Under the pieces are notes generated by a model. That model saw only the letters and a program-made list of their open reading frames with translations. It was not told where the DNA came from and made no database searches. A stretch of DNA of 64,000 bases from Octopus vulgaris (taxonomy: Eukaryota). The stretch covers positions 58,838,001 through 58,902,000 of the forward strand of contig OX597826.1 in NCBI GenBank assembly GCA_951406725.2, in the 5' to 3' direction. Of this stretch, positions 13,132 to 27,040 are shown in pieces; position 1 is the stretch's first letter, and each line of letters starts with the position of its first letter. The translations under genes and the position numbers were made by a program.

Positions 13132-16100
13132 AAATCGTATCAAATCGGATCAAACCGGTTCATACCGGATCAAACTGGTTCAAAACTTATCAAACTTTGA
13201 ACCGGTTTGATCTGGTCTGAACCGGTTTGATCCGGTTTGATACGATTTGAACAAGTTTGATCAGTTTTGGACCGGTTTGATCCGGTTTGTACTGTTTTGA
13301 ACCGGTTTGATCCGGTTTGATTCGATTTGAACAAGTTTGATCAGTTTTTAACCGGTTTGATACGGTTTGAACCGGTCTGAACCGGTTTGACCCGGTTTGA
13401 TCCGATTTGAACAAGTTTGATCAGTTTTGAACCGGTTTGAACCGGTTGGAACCGGTTTAATGCAGTTGTAACCGCTTTGAACCGGTTTGATCCGGTTTGA
13501 TACGATTTGAACAAGTTTGATCAGTTTTGAACCGGTTTGATCCGGTCTGATCCAGTATGATGCGATTCGAACAAGTTTGATCAGTTTTGTAGTGGTTTGA
13601 TCCGGTTTGAACCGGTTCGAACCGGTTTGATCCGGCTTGATTCGATTTGAACAAGTTTGATCAGTTTTGAACCGGTTTGATCCGGTTCGAACCGGTCTGA
13701 ACCGGTTTGACCCGGTTTGATCTGATTTTAACAAGTTTGATCAGTTTTGAACCAGTTTGAACATGTTCGAACCGGTTTGATCGGGTTTGAACTGGTTTAA
13801 TACGATTTGAAAATGTTTGATCAGTGTTGAACCGGTTTGATCCGGTTTGAACCGGTTTGAACCGGTTTGATACGATTTGAACAAGTTTGATCAGTCTTGG
13901 ACCGGTTTGATCCGGTTTGATACGATATGAACAAGTTTGATCAGTTTTGAACCGGTTTGATCCGGTTTGAGCCGGTTTGATCGGGTTTGAACCTGTTTGA
14001 TCCGGTTTGATACGATTTGAATTAGTTTGATCAGATTTGGACCGGTTTAAACCGGTTTGATCCGTTATGATCCAGTTTGATCCGATTTGAACAAGTGTGA
14101 TCAGTTTTGGACCGGTTTGAGCCGGTTTGATTCGGTTCCAACCGGTTTGATCCGGTTTGATTCGATTTGAAAAAGTTTGATCAGTTTTGGACCGGTTTGA
14201 TCCGGTTTGAACCGGTTCGAACCGGGTTGATGCGGCTTGATCCGATATGAACAAGTTTGATCAGTTTTGAATCGGTTTGAACCGGTTGGAACCGGTTTAA
14301 TGCAGTTGGAACCGCTTTGAACCGGTTTGAACCAGTTTGATACGATTTGAACAAGTTTGATCAGTTTTGAACCGGTTTGATCCGGTTTGACCCAGTATGA
14401 TGCGAATTGAACAAGTTTGATCAGTTTTGGCACGGTTTGACCCGGTTTGACCCGGTTCGAACCGGTCCGAACCGGTTTGTACCGGCTTGATTCGATTTGA
14501 ATAAGTTTGATCAGTTTTGAACCGGTTTGATCCGGTTTGAACCGGTCTGAACCGGTTTGACCCGGTTTGCTCTGCTTTGAACAAGTTTGATCAGTTTTGA
14601 ACCAGTTTGAACCTGTTCGAACCGGTTTGATCGTGTTTGAACTGGTTTGATACGATTTGAACAAGTTTGATCAGATTTGAACCGGTTTGATACGATTTGA
14701 ACAAGTTTGATCAGTCTTGGACCGGTTTGATCCGTCTTTGACCGGTTTCATCCGGTTTGATCCGGTTTGACCCGGTTTGATACGATATGAACAAGTTTGA
14801 TGAGTTTTGAACCGGTTTGATCCGGTTTGAACCGGTTTGATCCGGTTAGAACCGGTTTGATCCGCTTCGATACGATTGAATTAGTTTGATCAGTTTTGGA
14901 CCGGTTTAAACTGGTTTGATTCGGTTTGATCTAGTTTGAAAAGATTTGAACAAGTTTGATCGGTTTTGGACCGGTTTGATCCGGTTTGATTCGATTTGAA
15001 CAAGTTTGATCAGTTTTGAACCGTTTTGATCCGGTTTGACCTGGTCTGAACCGGTTTGACCCGGTTTGATCCGATTTGAACAAGTTTGATCAGTTTTGAA
15101 CCGATTGGAACCGGTTGGAACCGGTGTGATGCAGTTGGAACCGCTTTGAACCTGTTTAATCCGGTTTGATACGATTTGAACAAGTTTGATCAGTTTTGGA
15201 CCGGTTTGATCCGGTTTGAACCGGTTCTAACCGGTTTGATGCGGCTTGATTTGATTTGATACGATTTTAATCAGAATTTAATCAGTTTAATCAGTTTTGA
15301 ACCAGTTTGAACATGTTCGAACCGGTTTGATCCGGTTTGAACTGGTTTGATACGATTTTAACTAGTTTGATCAGTTTTGAACCGGTTTGATCCGGTCTGA
15401 ACCGGTTTGATACGATTTGAACAAGTCTGATGAGTTTTGAACCGGTTTGATCCGGTTTGAACCGGTTTGATCCAGTTTGATACGATTTGAACAAGTTTGA
15501 TCAGTTTTGGACCGGTTTGAATCGATTTGAACCGGTTTGATCCAGTTGGTTCAATTGGAACAAGTTTGATCTATTTTGAACCGTTTTGATCCGGTTTGAA
15601 CGGGTCTGAACTGGTTTGATCCGGTTTGATCGGATTTGAACAAGTTTGATCAGTTTTGAACCCGTTTGAACCTGTTTGAACCAGTTTCATGTAGTTGGAA
15701 CCGGTTTGATTCGGTTTGATACGATTTGAACAAGTTTGATCAGTTTTGGATCGGTTTGATCCGGTCCGAACCGGTAGAAACCGGTTTGATCTGGTTTGAA
15801 CCGGTTTGAACCGGCTTGATTCGATTTGTACAAGTTTGATCAGTTTTGGAATGGTTTGATCTTGATTGAACAAGTTTGATAAGTTTTAAACCGGTTTGAT
15901 TCGGTTTGTACCGATTTGAACCGGTTTGAACCGGTTTCATTCGATTTGCACAAGTTTGATCAGTTTTGAACAGGTTTGATCCGGTTTGAAACGGTTGGAA
16001 CCGGTTTGAACCGGTTCAAAACTGATCAGACTTGTTCAAATCATTTCAAACCGGTTCAAACCGGTTCAAAGCTGATCAAACTTGTTCAAATCGTATCAAA

Positions 16101-19100
16101 CCGGATGAGGGCGGATCAGAGCCGATGAAATAGGTCCAAAACTGATCAAACTTGTTCAAATCGTATCAGTCCGGATCAAACCGGTTCAAACCGGATCGAA
16201 CTTGTTCATAATTGATCAAACTTGTTCAAATCGTATGAAAGCGGATCAAACCGGCCCAAACCGAATCAAACCGGTTCAGACTGGTTCAAACCGGTTCAAA
16301 ACTGATCAAAATTGTTCAAGTCTGATCAATCCGTATCAATCCGGTTTTGGCCGTATCAAACACGTTCAAACCGGTTCAAACTGGATCAAACGAGTTCAAA
16401 ACTAATCAAACTTGTTCAAATCGGATCAAACAAGATCAAACCGGTTCAAACCGGATCAAACCGGTCCAAAACTGATCAAACTTGTTCAAATAGTATCAGA
16501 CCGGTTCAAACAGGTTCACACTGGTTCAATCCCGATCAAACCGTTTCAAAACTGATCAAACTTGTTCAAATCGTATCAAGCAGGATCAACCCGGTTCAAA
16601 CCGGATCAAACAGGTTCAAAACTGATCAAACTTGTTCAAACCGGATTAACCCGGTTCGAACAGGTTGAAACCGGTTCAAAACTGATCAAACTTCTTCAAA
16701 TCGGATTAAACCGGGTCAAACCGGTTCAGACATGTTCAAACCGGATCAAACCGGTTCAAAACTGATCAAACTTGTTCAAATCGTATCAAACTGGTTCAAA
16801 CCGGTTCAAACCGGGTCAAACCGGTTCAAAACTGATCAAACTTGTTCAAATCGTATCAGACCGGATCAAACCGGTTAAAACCGGTTAAAACTGGATCAAA
16901 CCTGTTCGAACAGGTTCAAACCGGTTCAAACCGGTTCAGACCGGTTCAAACCGTATCAAACCGGTTCAAAACTGATCAAACTTGTTCAAATCGAATCAAA
17001 CCGTATCTTACCGTTTCAAATCGGTTCAAACCGAATCAAACCGGTTCAAAACTGATCAAACTTGTTCAAATCGTATCAAACCGGTTCAAACCGGTCAAAA
17101 ACTAATCAAACTTGTTTAAATCGTATCGAACCGGATCAAACCGGTTCAAACTGGATCAAACCTGTTCGAACAGGTTCAAACCGGTTCAGACCGGTTCAAA
17201 CAATATCAAACCGGTTCAAAACTGATCAAACTTGTTCAAATCAAATCAAACCGGATCTTACCGGTTCAAATCGGTTCAAACCGAATCAAACCGGTTCAAA
17301 ACTGATCAAACTTGTTCAAATCGTAGCAAACCGGTTCAAACCGGTCCAAAACTGATCAAACTTGTTCAAATCGTACCAAGCCGGTTCAAACCGGTTCAAA
17401 ACTGATCAAACTTGTTCAAATCGTATCAAACCAATTCAACCCGGATCACACCGGTTCGAACAGGTTCAAACCGGTTCAAAACTGATCAAACTTGTTCAAA
17501 TTGGATCAAACCGGATCTTACCGGTTCAAATCGGTTCAAACCGAATCAAACCGGTTCAAAACTGATCAAACTTGTTCAAATCGTATCAAACCGGTTCAAA
17601 CCGGTCAAAAACTGATCAAACTTGTTTAAATCGTATCGAACCGGATCAAACCGGTTCAAACTGGATCAAACCTGTTCGAACAGGTTCAAACCGGTTCAGA
17701 CCGGTTCAAACAATATCAAACCGGTTCAAAACTGATCAAACTTGTTCAAATCAAATCAAACCGGATCTTACCGGTTCAAATCGGTTCAAACCGAATCAAA
17801 CCGGTTCAAAACTGATCAAACTTGTTCAAATCGTAGCAAACCGGTTCAAACCGGTCCAAAACTGATCAAACTTGTTCAAATCGTACCAAGCCGGTTCAAA
17901 CCGGTTCAAAACTGATCAAACTTGTTCAAATCGTATCAAACCAATTCAACCGGATCACACCGGTTCGAACAGGTTCAAACCGGTTCAAAACTGATCAAAC
18001 TTGTTCAAATTGGGTCAAACCGGGTCAAACCGGTTCAGACCTGTTCAAATCGGTTCAAACCGAATCAAACCGCTTCAAAACTGATCAAACTTGTTCAAAT
18101 CGTATCAAACCGGTTCAAACCGGATCAAACCGGTCCAAAATTGATGAAACTTGTTCAAATCGTATTTAACCCGATCAAACCGGTTCAAACCGGATCAAAC
18201 CGGTTTAAAACTGATCACGCTTCTTCAAATCGTATCAAACCAGTTCAAACCGGTTCGAACAGGTTCAAAACTGATTAATCTTGTTCAAATCTTATCAGAC
18301 CGGATGAAACCGGATTTAACCGGTTCAAAACTAATCAATCTTGTTCAAATCGTATCAAACCAGATCAAACCGGATCAAACCGGTCCAAAACTGATCAAAC
18401 TTGTTCAAATCGTATCAAACCGGATCAAACCGGTTCAGACCTGTTCAAACCGGATCAAACCGGTTCAAAAATGATCAAACTTGTTCAAATCGAATCATAC
18501 CGGATGAAACCGGTTCAATTCGGTTCAAACCGAATCAAACCGGTTCAAAACTAATCAATCTTGTTCAAATCGTATCAAACCGGTTCAAACCGGATCAAAC
18601 CGGTCCTAACTGATCAAACTTGTTCAAATCGTACCAAGCCGGATCAAACCGGTTCAAACCGGATCAAACCGGTCCTAACTGATCAAACTTGTTCAAATCG
18701 TATCAAACCGGATCAAACCAGTTCAAACCGGTTCAAAACTGATCAAACTTGTTCAAATCGTATCAAACCAGTTCAAACCGGTTCGAACAGGTTCAAACCG
18801 GTTTAAAACTAACCAAACTTGCTTAAATCGTATCAAACGGGGTCAAACCGGTTCAGACCGGTTTAAACCGGTTCAAACCGGTCCAAAACTGATGAAACTT
18901 GATCAAATCGTATCAGACCGGATCAAACCGGATCAAACCGGTTCAAAACTGATCAATCTTGTTCAAATCGTATCGAGCCGGATCAAACCGGATCAAATCG
19001 GTCCAAAACTGATCAAACTTGTTAAAATCGTATCAAACCGAATCAAACCGTTTCAAAGCGGTTACAACTGGATCAAACCGGTTCCAACCGGTTCGAACCG

Positions 19101-22100
19101 GTTCAAAACTGATCAGACATGTTCAAATCGAATCAAACCAGGTCCAACGGTTCAAACCGGTTTGAACCGGTTCGAACCGGATCAAACCGATCCGAAACTG
19201 ATCAAACTAATTCAAATCGTATCATACCGGATCAAACCGGTTCGAAACTGATCAAACTTGTTCAAACCAAATCAAACCGGGTCAAACCGGTTCAAACCGT
19301 TTCGAACCAGATCAAACCGGTTCAGTCCGGATCAAACCGGTCCAAAACTGATAAAACTAATTCAAATCGTATCAAACCGGATCAAACCGGTTCAAACCGG
19401 ATCAAACCGGTTCAAAACTCATCCAAATTGTTTATATCGTTTTAAACCGTATCAAACCGGATCAAACTTGTTCGAATCGAATCATACCGGGTCAAACCGG
19501 TTCAAATCGGTTCAAACCGAATCAAACCGCTTAAAAACTGATCAAACTTGTTCAAGTCGTATCAAACCGGAGCAAACCGGATCAAACCGGTCCAAAACTG
19601 ATCAAACTTGTTCAAATCGTATCAAACCGGATAAAACCGGTTCAAACCGGATCAATCCGGTTTAAAAATGATCAAACTTGTTCAAATCGAATCATACCGG
19701 ATGAAACCGGTTCAATTCGGTTCAAACCGAATCATACCGGTTCAAATCTAATCAATCTTGTTCAAATCGTATCAAACCGGTTCAAACCGGATCAAACCGG
19801 TCCTAACTGATCAAACTTGTTCAAATCGTACCAAGCCGGATCAAACCGGTTCAAACCGGATCAAACCGGTCCTAACTGATCAAACTTGTTCAAATCGTAT
19901 CAAACCGGATCAAAGCAGTTCAAACCGGTTCAAAACTGATCAAACTTGTTCAAATCGTATCAAACCAGTTCAAACCGGTTCGAACAGGTTCAAACCGGTC
20001 CAAAACTAATCAAACTTGCTCAAATCGTATCAAACCGGGTCAAACCTGTTCAGACCGGTTTAAACCTTGTCAAACCGGTCCAAAACTGATGAAACTTGTT
20101 CAAATCGTATCAGACCGGATCAAACCGGATCAAACCGGTTCAAAACTGATCAATCTTGTTCAAATCGTATCGATCCGAATCAAACCGTATCAAATCGGTC
20201 CAAAAATGATCAAACTTGTTAAAATCGTATCAAACCGAATCAAACCGTTTCAAAGCGGTTACAACTGGATCAAACCGGTTCCAACCGGTTCGAACCGGTT
20301 CAAAACTGATCAGACATGTTCAAATCGAATCAAACCAGGTCCAACGGTTCAAACCGGTTTGAACCGGTTCGAACCGGATCAAACCGATCCGAAACTGATC
20401 AAACTAATTCAAATCGTATCATACCGGATCAAACCGGTTCGAAACTGATCAAACTTGTTCAAACCAAATCAAACCGGGTCAAACCGGTTCAAACCGTTTC
20501 GAACCAGATCAAACCGGTTCAGTCCGGATCAAACCGGTCCAAAACTGATCAAACTAATTCAAATCGTATCAAACCGGATCAAACCGGTTCAAACCGGATC
20601 AAACCGGTTCAAAACTCATCCAAATTGTTCATATCGTTTTAAACCGTATCAAACCGGATCAAACTTGTTCGAATCGAATCATACCGGGTCAAACCGGTTC
20701 AAATCGGTTCAAACCGAATCAAACCGCTTAAAAACTGATCAAACATGTTCAAGTCGTATCAAACCGGAGCAAACCGGATCAAACCGGTCCAAAACTGATC
20801 AAACTTGTTCAAATCGTATCAAACCGGATAAAACCGGTTCAAACCGGATCAATCCGGTTTAAAACTTGTTCAAATCGTATAAAACCAGTTCAAATCGTAT
20901 CAAACCGGATCAAACCGGTTCAAACCGGTTGCAACCGAACCAAACCGGTTCCAACCGGTCCAAACCGGATCAAAACTGATCAAACTTGTTCAAATCGAAT
21001 CAAACCGGGTCAAACCGGTTTAAACCGGTTCGAACTGGATCAAACTGGTCCAAAACTGATCAAACTAATTAAATCGTATCGAACCGGATCAAACCGGTAC
21101 AAACCGGATCAAACCGGTTCAAAACCGATCAAACTTGTTCATATCGTTTTAAACCGTATCAAACCGGATCAAACCGGTTCAAAACTGATGAAACTTGTTC
21201 AAATCGTATCAAACCATTTCAAACCGGATCATACCGGTTCGAACAGGTTCAAACCGGTTCGAACAGGTTCAAACCGGTTCAAAACTGATCAAACTTGTTC
21301 AAATCGTATCAAACCAGTTCAAACCGGATCATACCGGTTCGAACAGGTTCAAACCGGTTCTAAACTGATCAAACTTGTTCAAATCGGATCAAACCGGCTC
21401 AAACGGTTCAGACCTGTTCAAACAAGATCAAACCGGTTCAAAACTTGTTCAAATCGTATCAAACTGGTTCAAACCGGTTCAAATTGGTTCAAACCGTATC
21501 AAACCGGTTAAAATGGTATCAAACCGCTCTAAACCATATCAAACCGGTCCAAAACTGATAAAACCTGTTCAAATCGTATCAAACCGGATCAAAACGGTTC
21601 AGACCGAATCAAACCGGTTCAAAACCGATCAAACTTGTTCATCTCGTTTTAAAACGTATCAAACCGGATCAAACCGGTTCAAAACTGATGAAACTTGTTC
21701 AAATCGTATCAAACCAGTTCAAACCGGATCATACCGGTTCGAACAGGTTCAAACCGGTTCGAACAGGTTCAAACCGGTTCTAAACTGATCAAACTTGTTC
21801 TAATCGGATCAAACCGGCTCAAACCGGTTCAGACCTGTTCAAACCGGATCAAACCGGTTCAAAACTTGTTCAAATCGTATCAAACCTGTTCAAACCGGTC
21901 CAAAACTGATCAAACTTGTTCAAATCGTATCAAACCAGTTCAAACCGGATCACACCGGTTCGAACAGGTTCAAACCGGTTCAAAACTGATCAAACTTGTT
22001 CAAATTGGATCAAACCGGGTCAAACCGGTTCAGACCTGTTCAAACCGTATCAAACCGGTTCAAAACTGATCAAACTTGTTCAAATCGAATCAAACCGGAT

Positions 22101-25100
22101 CAAACCGGTTCAAATCGGTTCAAACCGAATCAAACCGCTTCAAAACTGATCAAACTTGTTCAAATCGTATCAAACCGGTTCAGACCGGATCAAACCGGTC
22201 CAAAATTGATCACACTTCTTCAAATCGTATCAAACCAGTTCAAACCGGTTCGAACAGGTTCAAAACTGATCAATCTTGTTCAAATCGTATCAGACCGGTT
22301 GAAACCGGATCAAACCGGTTCAAAACCGGTTCAAACCGGTTCAAAACTGATCAATCTTGTTCAAATCGTATCGGGCCGGATGAAACCGGATCAAACCGGT
22401 CCAAAACTGATCAAACTTGTTCAAATCGTATCAAACCGGATCAAACCGGTTCAATCCGGTTCAAACCGGTTTAAAACTAGTTCAAATCGTATCAAACCAG
22501 TTCAAATCGTATCAAACCGGATCAAACTGGTTCAAACCGGTTGCAACCGGTCCAAACCGGTTCAAAACTGATCAGACTTGTTCAAATCGAATGAAACCGT
22601 GTCAAACCGGATCAAACCGGTTCGAACCGGATCAAACCGGTCCAAAACTGATCAAACTAATTCAAATCGTATCAAACCGGATCAAACCGGTACAAGCCGG
22701 ATCAAACCGGTTCAAAACTGATCAAACTTGTTCATATCGTTTTAAACCGTATCAAACCGGATCAAACCGGTTCAAAACTGATGAAACTTGTTCAAATCGT
22801 ATCAAACCGGATCAAACCGGTCCAAAACTGATCAAACTAATTCAAATCGTATCAAACCGGATCAAACCGGTCCAAAACTGATCAAACTTGTTCATATCGT
22901 TTTAAACCGTATCAAACCGGTTCAAAACTGATGAAACTTGTTCAAATCGTATCAAACCAGTTCAAACCGAATCAAACCGGTTCGAACAGGTTCAAACCGG
23001 TTCAAAACTGATCAAACTTGTTCAAATCGGATCAAACCGGGTCAAACTTGTTCAAACCGGATCAAACCGGTTCAAAACTGATCAAACTTGTTCAAATCGT
23101 ATCAAACCGGTTCAAGCCGGATCAAACCGGTCCTAACTGATCAAACTTGTTCAAATCGTATCAAACCGGATCAAACCAGTTCAAACCGGATCGAACCGAT
23201 TCAAAACTGATCAAACTTGTTCAAATCGTATCAAACCAGTTCAAACCGGTTCGAACAGGTTCAAACCGGTTCAAAACAAATCAAACTTGCTCAAATCGTA
23301 TCAAACCGGGTCAAACCGGTTTAGACTGGTTTAAACCGGGTCAAACCGGTCCAAAACTGATGAAACTTGTTCAAAATTGTATCAGACCGGATCAAACCGG
23401 ATCAAACCGGTTCAAAACTGATCAATCTTGTTCAAATCGTATCAAACCGAATCAAACCGTTTCAAAGCGGTTGCAACTAGATCAAACAGGTTCCAACCGG
23501 TTCGAACCGGTTCAAAACTGATCAGACATGTTCAAATCGAATCAAACCGGGTCAAACCTGTTGTTCAAACCGGTTCGACCCGTATCAAACCGGTCCAAAA
23601 CTGATCAAACTAATTCAAATCATATCATACCGGATCAAACCGGTTCGAAACTGATCAAACTTGTTCAAATCGAATCAAACCGGGTCAAACCGGTTCAAAC
23701 CGGATCAAACCGGTCCAAAACTGATCAAACTAATTCAAATCGTATCAAACCGGATCAAACCGGTTCAAACCGGATCAAACCGGTTCAAAACTGATCCAAC
23801 TTGTTCATATCGTTTTAAACCGTATCAAACCGGATCAAACCGGTTCAAAACTGATGAAACTTGTTCAAATCGTATCAGACCGGATCAAACCGGATCAAAC
23901 CGGTTCAAAACTGATCAATCTTGTTCAAACCGGATCAAAACGGTCCAAAACTGATCAAACTTGTTCAAATCGTATCAAACCGGATCAAGCTAGATCAAAC
24001 CGGTTCCAACCGGTTCGAAACTGATCAAACTTGTTCAAATCGAATCAAACCGGGTCAAACCGGTTCAAACCGGTACGAACCGGATCAAACCGGTCTAATC
24101 CGGTTCAAACCGGATCAAACCGGTCCCAAACTGATCAAACTAATCCAAATCGTATCAAACCGGATCAAACCGGTTCAAACCGGTTCAAAACTGATCAAAC
24201 TTGTTCATATCGTTTTAAACCGTATCAAACCGGATCAAACCGGATCAAACCGGATCAAACCGGTTCAAAACTGATCAAACTTGTTCAAATCGTATCAAAC
24301 TAGTTCAAACCGGATCAAACCGTTTCGAACAGGTTGAAACCGGTTCAAAACCGGATCAAACTTGTTCAAATCGAATCAAACCGGGTCAAACCGTTTTAGA
24401 CATGTTCAAACCAGATCAAACCGGTTCAAAACTGATCAAACTTGTTCAAATCGTATCAAACCGGTTCAAACCGGTCCAAAACTGATCAAATCGTATCAAA
24501 CCGGTTCAAACCGGTCCAAAACTGATCAAACTTGTTCAAATCGTATCAAACCAGTTCAACCCGGATCACACCGGTTCGAACAGGTTCAAAACGGTTCAAA
24601 ACTGATCAAACTTGTTCAAATTGTATCAAACCGGGTCAAACCGGTTCAGTCCTGTTCAAACCGTATCAAACCGGTTCAAAACTGATCAAACTTGTTCAAA
24701 TCGAATCAAACCGGATCAAACCGGTTCAAATCGGTTCAAACCGAATCATACCGCTTCAAAACTGATCAAACTTGTTCAAATCGTATGAAACCGGTTCAAA
24801 CCGGTCCAAAATTTATGAAACTTGTTCAAATCGTATTACACCGGATCAAACCGGTTCAAACCGGATCAAACCGGTTCAAAACGGATCAAACCGGTTTAAA
24901 ACTGATCACACTTCTTCAAATCGTATCAAACCTGTTCAAACCGGTTCGAACAGGTTCAAAACTGATCAATCTTGTTCAAATCGTATCAGAGCGGATGAAA
25001 CCGGATCAAACCGGTTCAAAACTGATCAATCTTGTTCAAATCGTATCAGGCCGGATGAGACCGGATCAAACCGGTCCAAAACTGATCAAACTTGTTCAAA

Positions 25101-26856
25101 TCGTATCAAACCGGAGCAAACCGGTTCAAAGCGGTTGCAACTGGATCAAACCGGTTCCAACCGGTACAAACCGGTTCAAAACTGATCAACCTTGTTCGAA
25201 TCGAATCATACCGGGTCAAACCGGATCAAATCGGTTCAAACCGAATCAAACCGCTTCAAAACTAATCGAACTTGTTGAAATCGTATCATACAGGATCAAA
25301 CCGGATCAAACCGGTCCAAAACTGATCAAACTTGTTCAAATCCTATCAAACCGGATCAAACCGGTTTAAAACTTGTTCAAATCGTATCAAACCAGTTCAA
25401 ATCGTATCAAACTGGATCAAACCTGTTCAAACCGGTTGCAACCTGATCAAACCGGTTCCAACCGGTCCAAACCGGTTCAAAACTGATCAAACTTGTTCAA
25501 ATCGAATCAAACCGGGTCAAACCGGTTCAAACCGGTTCGAACCGGATCAAACCGGTCCAAAACTGATCAAACTAATTCAAACCGTATCAAACCGGATCAA
25601 ACCTGTACAAGCCGGATCAAACCGGTTCAAAACTGATCAAACTTGTTCATATCGTTTTAAACCGTATTAAACCGGTTCAAAACTGATGAAACTTGTTCAA
25701 ATCGTATCAAACCAGTTCAAACCGGATCAAACCAGTTCGAACAGGTTCAAACCGGTTCAAAACTGATCAAACTTTTTCAAATCGGATCAAACCGGCTCAA
25801 ACCGGTTCAGATTTGTTCAAACCGGATCAAACCGGTTCAAAACTGATCAAACTTGTTCAAATCGTATCAAACTGTTTCAATCCGGTTCAAACCGGGTCAA
25901 ACCGGTCCAAAACTGATCAAACCTGTTCAAATCGTATCAGACCGGATCAAACCGGTTCAAACCGGTTCAAACTGGATCAAACTTGTTCGAACAAGTTCAA
26001 ACCGGTTCAAACCGGTTCAGACCGGTTCAAAACGTATCAAACCGGTTCAAAACTGATCAAACTTGTTCAAATCGCATAAAGCCGGGTCAAACCGGATCAA
26101 ACCGGTCCAAAACTGATCAAACTTGTTCAAATCGTATCAAACGGGATCAAACCGGTTCAAAGCGGTTGCAACTGGATCAAACCGGTTCCAACCGGTTCAA
26201 ACCGGTTCAAAACTGATCAAACTTGTTCAAATCGAATCAAACCGGTTCAAACCTGTTCGAACCATATCAAACCGGTCCAAACTGGTTGAAACCGGATCAA
26301 ACCAGTCCAAAACTGATCAAACTAATTCAAATCGTATCAAACCGGTTCAAACTCGATCATACCGGTTCAAAACTGCTCAAACTTGTTCATAGCGTTTTAA
26401 ACCGTATCGAACCGGATCAAACCGGTCCAAAACTGATCAAACTTGTTCAAATCGTATCAAACCGGATCAAATGGTTCAAACCGGTTCCAACTGGTTCAAA
26501 CCGGTTCCAACCGGTTCAAACCGGATCAAACCTTTTAAAACTGATCAAACTTGTTCAAACCGGTCCAAACCGGTTCAAAACTGATCAAAGTTGTTCAAAT
26601 CGAATCAAACCGGGTCAAACCGGTTCAAACCGGATCGAACCGGATCAAACCGGTCCAAAACTGATCAAAACTGATCAATCTTGTTCAAATCGTATCGAGC
26701 CGGGCCAAACCGGATCAAAGCGGTCCAAAATTGATCAAACTTTTCAAATCGTATCAAACCGGTTCAGGCCAGATCAAACCGGTTCAAACCGGATCATACC
26801 GGTCCTAACTGATCAAATTTGTTCACATCGTATCAAACCGGATCAAACCGGTTCAA
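13132..26856. repeat. ~13.7-kb satellite of 10-bp monomers (AAACCGGTTC/AAACCGGATC) punctuated by AAAACTGATC-AAACTTGTTC-AAATCGTATC
   Basis: 10-bp phasing visible in the columns; forward 13132-13196, inverted ~13197-16012, forward 16013-26856. Confidence 0.98.
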
Positions 26857-27040
26857 CTGGCCCCTTTTCCAAAATTTCAGGCCTTGTGGCTATATTATTA
26901 TTATTATTATTATTGTTATTATTATTATTATTTAACTACCACCACCACAATAAGAGCTAATATCTCCATCTTTTCCTTCCTCTCTTCCTGCTCCTGCTCT
27001 CCTGCCTTCTTCTCCACTTCTCCCTCCTCTTCTCATCATC
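26855..27040 (+). repeat. Left arm of a 186-bp inverted duplication (partner 29843-30028)
   Basis: Reverse complement matches 29843-30028 with a few substitutions. Confidence 0.92.

Noticed and set aside
12622-13200. ORFs with PDI repeats and KEIKE repeats
   Set aside because: They are products of the 9-bp and 22-bp arrays; the 22-bp period shifts frame, and no domain or splice evidence exists.
18889-18905. CTGATGA within satellite variants as a hammerhead core
   Set aside because: It is a single-base variant of CTGATCA, with no correctly placed stem II-GAAA-stem III.
13132-26856. CRISPR-like look (constant 30-bp block plus variable intervening DNA)
   Set aside because: The 'spacers' are copies of the same 10-mer, there are no cas genes, and the context is eukaryotic.
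13132-26960. Dozens of ORFs with QTGSNRFKP-type repeats
   Set aside because: They are translations of the 10-bp satellite in several frames, with frequent stops, non-ATG starts and a period not divisible by 3.
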